Below are positions 29,227 to 32,000 of a stretch of DNA of 32,000 bases, piece by piece. The notes beneath the pieces were generated by a model. It ran no database searches, was not told the DNA's origin, and worked only from the letters and a program-made list of their open reading frames with translations. The position numbers and the translations under genes were made by a program. Position 1 is the first letter of the stretch; the number at the start of each line of letters is the position of its first letter. Source of the stretch: Chlamydiales bacterium. GTDB taxonomy: Bacteria; Chlamydiota; Chlamydiia; Chlamydiales; SM23-39. Location: the NCBI GenBank assembly GCA_965261025.1, contig OZ253438.1, positions 1,350,001-1,382,000 on the forward strand, read 5' to 3'.

Positions 29227-30867
29227 ATGAAGTTTTTTTTATGTCAGTGTAACCCCACAGTTGCCGATTTGGAAGCAAATCAGAAAAAAGTGCTCCATTT
29301 TTTGCAAAAAGCCAAGGAAAAAGGGGCAGAGGTGGTGGTTTTTCCTGAAATGGCTCTTTGTGGTTATCCTCCGGAAGATCTTTTATTCCAAAAAAAATTA
29401 TTTGAAAAAGTAGAGAAGAGCTTAAAAGAAATAGCTCCCTTTACCAGCGGGTGTATGGTTATTTTAGGTGCTGTAAGGCAGACGGGCGGCTTAGAAGAAA
29501 AAAAACTCTATAATACAGCTGTCGTCTTTGTAGAAGGGAAACTTTTGGGATACAAGGATAAAACCCTCCTTCCGACTTACGACGTTTTTGAGGAAAGAAG
29601 ATATTTTGAGCCCGGCAAGCAAGAAGAAGTTTTTCTTTATAAGGGCAAGAGAATAGGTGTTTTAGTTTGTGAAGATATCTGGGCAGGGGCAGAGGAGATA
29701 GTTTTTTCTAAATATCAAAGAAATCCCATAGAAGAGCTTGCTAAAAAAAAACCCGACTATGTAGTGAATATATCTTCTTCTCCTTATCACTACGATAAAA
29801 TGAAAACAAGAAAAGCTCTTTTTGCCTTTTGTGTAGAAAAATTTCAGGTTCCCTTTTTGTGGTGTAATCAGGTAGGGGCAAGTGATGATCTCGTCTTCGA
29901 TGGCTATAGCCTTTTTATGAATGAAAAAAAAGAGATCCTCAAAATAGCAAAAGGTTTTGAAGAAGATCTTATTTCCTGTGACATTTCTCAAAAGAATAAA
30001 GCCATTTCTGTTTCTTGGGATCCCTTGGAAGCTCTTTTTTCCGCTTTGGTTTTGGGAGTGAAGGATTATTTCTATAAACAAGGGTTTTCTAAGGCTTTAA
30101 TAGGTCTCTCTGGAGGGATTGATTCTGCTTTAGTAGCCTCAGTTGCTAAAGAGGCTTTAGGAAAAGAAAATGTGGAAGCTTTTTTTCTTCCTTCACGATT
30201 TACTTCACTTCAGAGCATAGAAGAAGTAAAAAAATTAGCTAGAAAATTGTCTATCCAGTTAGAAGAACTTTCTATAGACTCCTTGTTTTCTCATTTCTTA
30301 AGTGTATTAAGCCCTTATTTTTGCCATACCCCCTTTGATGTTACAGAGGAAAATTTGCAAGCTAGAATTAGAGGGATTCTTTTAATGGCTTTTTCCAATA
30401 AGTGGGGGGCTCTTTTATTAAGCGCTTCGAATAAAAGTGAAATGGCTATGGGCTACTCTACCTTATACGGGGATATGTGTGGAGGGCTTGGCGTTATCCA
30501 AGATCTTACTAAGACGAAGGTATATCAGCTGGCCAATTGGTTGGAGAAAAAAGGGATCATACCTCGTTCTTTAATAGAAAAAGCCCCTTCTGCCGAGCTT
30601 CGAGAAAACCAAAAAGATGAGGATACTCTTCCCCCTTATGAGATATTAGATCCTATTATAGAAGATTATGTAGAGAACCTTCTTTCTGTAGAAGAAATAG
30701 CACAAAAGCAGAATCAAGAACTTTCTTTAGTACAAGAAATAGCGCAAAAAATAGCCAGGGCAGAATATAAAAGAAGGCAAGCCCCTTTGGGAATTCGAGT
30801 AAGTAAAAGAGCTTTTGGTAAAGGAAGAAGAGTCCCTGTAGTACAGAAATGGGAAGAGCAAGACTAA
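29227..30867 (+). CDS. nadE: Glutamine-dependent NAD+ synthetase (N-terminal CN-hydrolase/glutaminase domain plus NAD synthetase domain)
   Basis: Nitrilase-type residues in FPEMALCGYPPEDL and VLVCEDIW. PP-loop motif GLSGGIDSALVA. Downstream blocks NKSEMAMGYSTLYGDMCGGL and the C-terminal KRRQAPLGIRVS are typical of NadE. Confidence 0.92.
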   Translation: MKFFLCQCNPTVADLEANQKKVLHFLQKAKEKGAEVVVFPEMALCGYPPEDLLFQKKLFEKVEKSLKEIAPFTSGCMVILGAVRQTGGLEEKKLYNTAVVFVEGKLLGYKDKTLLPTYDVFEERRYFEPGKQEEVFLYKGKRIGVLVCEDIWAGAEEIVFSKYQRNPIEELAKKKPDYVVNISSSPYHYDKMKTRKALFAFCVEKFQVPFLWCNQVGASDDLVFDGYSLFMNEKKEILKIAKGFEEDLISCDISQKNKAISVSWDPLEALFSALVLGVKDYFYKQGFSKALIGLSGGIDSALVASVAKEALGKENVEAFFLPSRFTSLQSIEEVKKLARKLSIQLEELSIDSLFSHFLSVLSPYFCHTPFDVTEENLQARIRGILLMAFSNKWGALLLSASNKSEMAMGYSTLYGDMCGGLGVIQDLTKTKVYQLANWLEKKGIIPRSLIEKAPSAELRENQKDEDTLPPYEILDPIIEDYVENLLSVEEIAQKQNQELSLVQEIAQKIARAEYKRRQAPLGIRVSKRAFGKGRRVPVVQKWEEQD

Positions 30868-30879
30868 AGAGTTTTACAG

Positions 30880-31773
30880 CTAAAACAAGACCTCCTGGAT
30901 AGAAGACAGTTCATTTCGGAGCATAAGAGCCCGGTCAAATCCCACAGAGACTCCTGAGCAAGGAGGAAGCTTTTTTAGAGAATCTAAAAAGGCCTCATCT
31001 ATAGGGTAAAGGGCTTTTTTCAGGGAGGCTCTTTTTTTGTTTTCTTGGAAAAAACGGGCTCTTTGCACAGAAGCATCTGTGAGCTCTTCGTACCCATTGG
31101 CAAGTTCTAGCCCGTTATAATACACTTCAAAGCGAAGAGCTACTTCTTTTTTATCTTTTTCCATTACCTTTGCTAAAGCAGCCTGAGAAGGGGGGAAATC
31201 CTCTAAAATTATAAAAACATCTCGGGGTAATTTTGGTTCGATACAATGAGTAAGAAGGAGTTGAAGATAAAAGTCTCTTCCTTCTCCTGAAAAAACGAGG
31301 CCTTTTTTCTCGCATAGATCTTGCAACTTTTGTAAAGGAGCCGTAAAAGGATCTATTCCTAAGTACGTGATAAACGCTTTTTCATAGGAGATCTTCTCTA
31401 AAGGTTTTTCCGGGAGAAAAAGAGAGAGATATTCATAGGTCTCTTCTTGCATCTGCTCCAAAGAAAATCTTTTTCTATACCACTCTACCATGGTGAATTC
31501 ACAGCTGTGGTTTCTTCCCTCTTCCTCTTCTCGAAATACATGTCCCAAAAAGTAAAGATCCGAAGAACCTTGAGAGAGAAGCTTTTTCAAATGATACTCA
31601 GGAGAGCTGTGTAGATACTTTCCAGTCTTTGTCTCTATTAGATCAATGCACGCCTCTAAAGAGGGGAGAGAAAGAAGAGAAGGGGAATCCACTTCCCAAA
31701 GCCCCCTTTCGTGAAAAAAGTCCCTGGAGCGTCTTAACATAAAAGAGCGGTCCTGTAGAAGGAAGAGCTTCAT
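30880..31773 (-). CDS. epmA: EF-P--(R)-beta-lysine ligase (EpmA/PoxA/GenX; truncated class II LysRS paralogue)
   Basis: Class II aaRS motifs without an anticodon-binding domain: [58 protein letters not shown]. Its ATG overlaps the efp stop codon (ATGA). Confidence 0.85.
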   Translation of the reverse strand: MKLFLLQDRSFMLRRSRDFFHERGLWEVDSPSLLSLPSLEACIDLIETKTGKYLHSSPEYHLKKLLSQGSSDLYFLGHVFREEEEGRNHSCEFTMVEWYRKRFSLEQMQEETYEYLSLFLPEKPLEKISYEKAFITYLGIDPFTAPLQKLQDLCEKKGLVFSGEGRDFYLQLLLTHCIEPKLPRDVFIILEDFPPSQAALAKVMEKDKKEVALRFEVYYNGLELANGYEELTDASVQRARFFQENKKRASLKKALYPIDEAFLDSLKKLPPCSGVSVGFDRALMLRNELSSIQEVLF

Positions 31774-32000
31774 ACCCTACACACATAGTCTCCTGTTCTC
31801 GTATCTACTTTAATGGTCTCTCCTTCTTGGATAAAGATGGGAACCTGGATCTTAGCTCCTGTTTCTAAAATAGCAGGCTTCAAAACCCTTCCCGAAGCAG
31901 TATCTCCTCTTATGCCTGGAGCTGTCTCTATGATTTTTAGCTCCATAAAGGTAGGAGGAATGAGATCTATGGCATTCCCCGCATAGAAGATGATCTCATA
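31770..32000 (-). CDS. efp: Elongation factor P, C-terminal 76 codons (5' part outside the window)
   Basis: This gene is not in the ORF track because no start lies in the window. My translation of the minus strand from 32000 is [76 protein letters not shown]. This matches EF-P domain II/III consensus ([51 protein letters not shown]). Confidence 0.9.
   Translation of the reverse strand, partial: YEIIFYAGNAIDLIPPTFMELKIIETAPGIRGDTASGRVLKPAILETGAKIQVPIFIQEGETIKVDTRTGDYVCRV

Noticed and set aside
16336-30081. Miscellaneous internal or antisense ORFs: 16336..16527, 19200..19433, 19252..19443, 19556..19747, 26207..26413, 26280..26486, 26567..26779, 27728..27949, 29662..30081
   Set aside because: Each lies within a confidently assigned gene (the autotransporter barrel, rlmD, htpG, the NSS transporter or nadE), either on the opposite strand or in another frame. 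None has motifs.

Overview
AT-rich bacterial chromosome segment that I assign to the Chlamydiae, most likely an environmental (non-Chlamydiaceae) lineage. Supporting evidence: a chlamydia-type 16S-23S-5S operon with no tRNA in the spacer; an Hc1/hctA histone-like developmental protein; a MOMP/PorB-type barrel with the N-terminal GNPA motif; a Pmp-like autotransporter; and a candidate Inc protein. These sit among housekeeping genes: 2-oxoacid dehydrogenase E2, kdsD, nhaD, rlmD, yajC, mscS, htpG, an NSS transporter, nadE, epmA and efp. All functional calls rest on motif recognition from memory, with no database search.

Most unusual items:
1. A 303-nt ORF-less group I intron splits helix 69 of the 23S rRNA gene. 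A full P1-P9 fold can be drawn by hand.
2. A 2030-aa hybrid Pmp/PATR autotransporter carries a ~350-residue segment that is about 50% glycine. This creates a local GC- and purine-rich island containing G7-G8 tracts.
3. A 771-aa coiled-coil protein contains four tandem 189-bp (63 aa, nine heptads) repeats. Two of them differ at 1 of 189 nt.
4. Gene packing is very tight. Three convergent gene pairs share a TTAA stop/stop overlap and two co-directional pairs share an ATGA stop/start overlap.

I saw no CRISPR array, transposase, prophage or recognisable defence or toxin-antitoxin module. I cannot honestly point to a multi-gene novel system. The candidates worth follow-up are the intron and the surface or secreted proteins.
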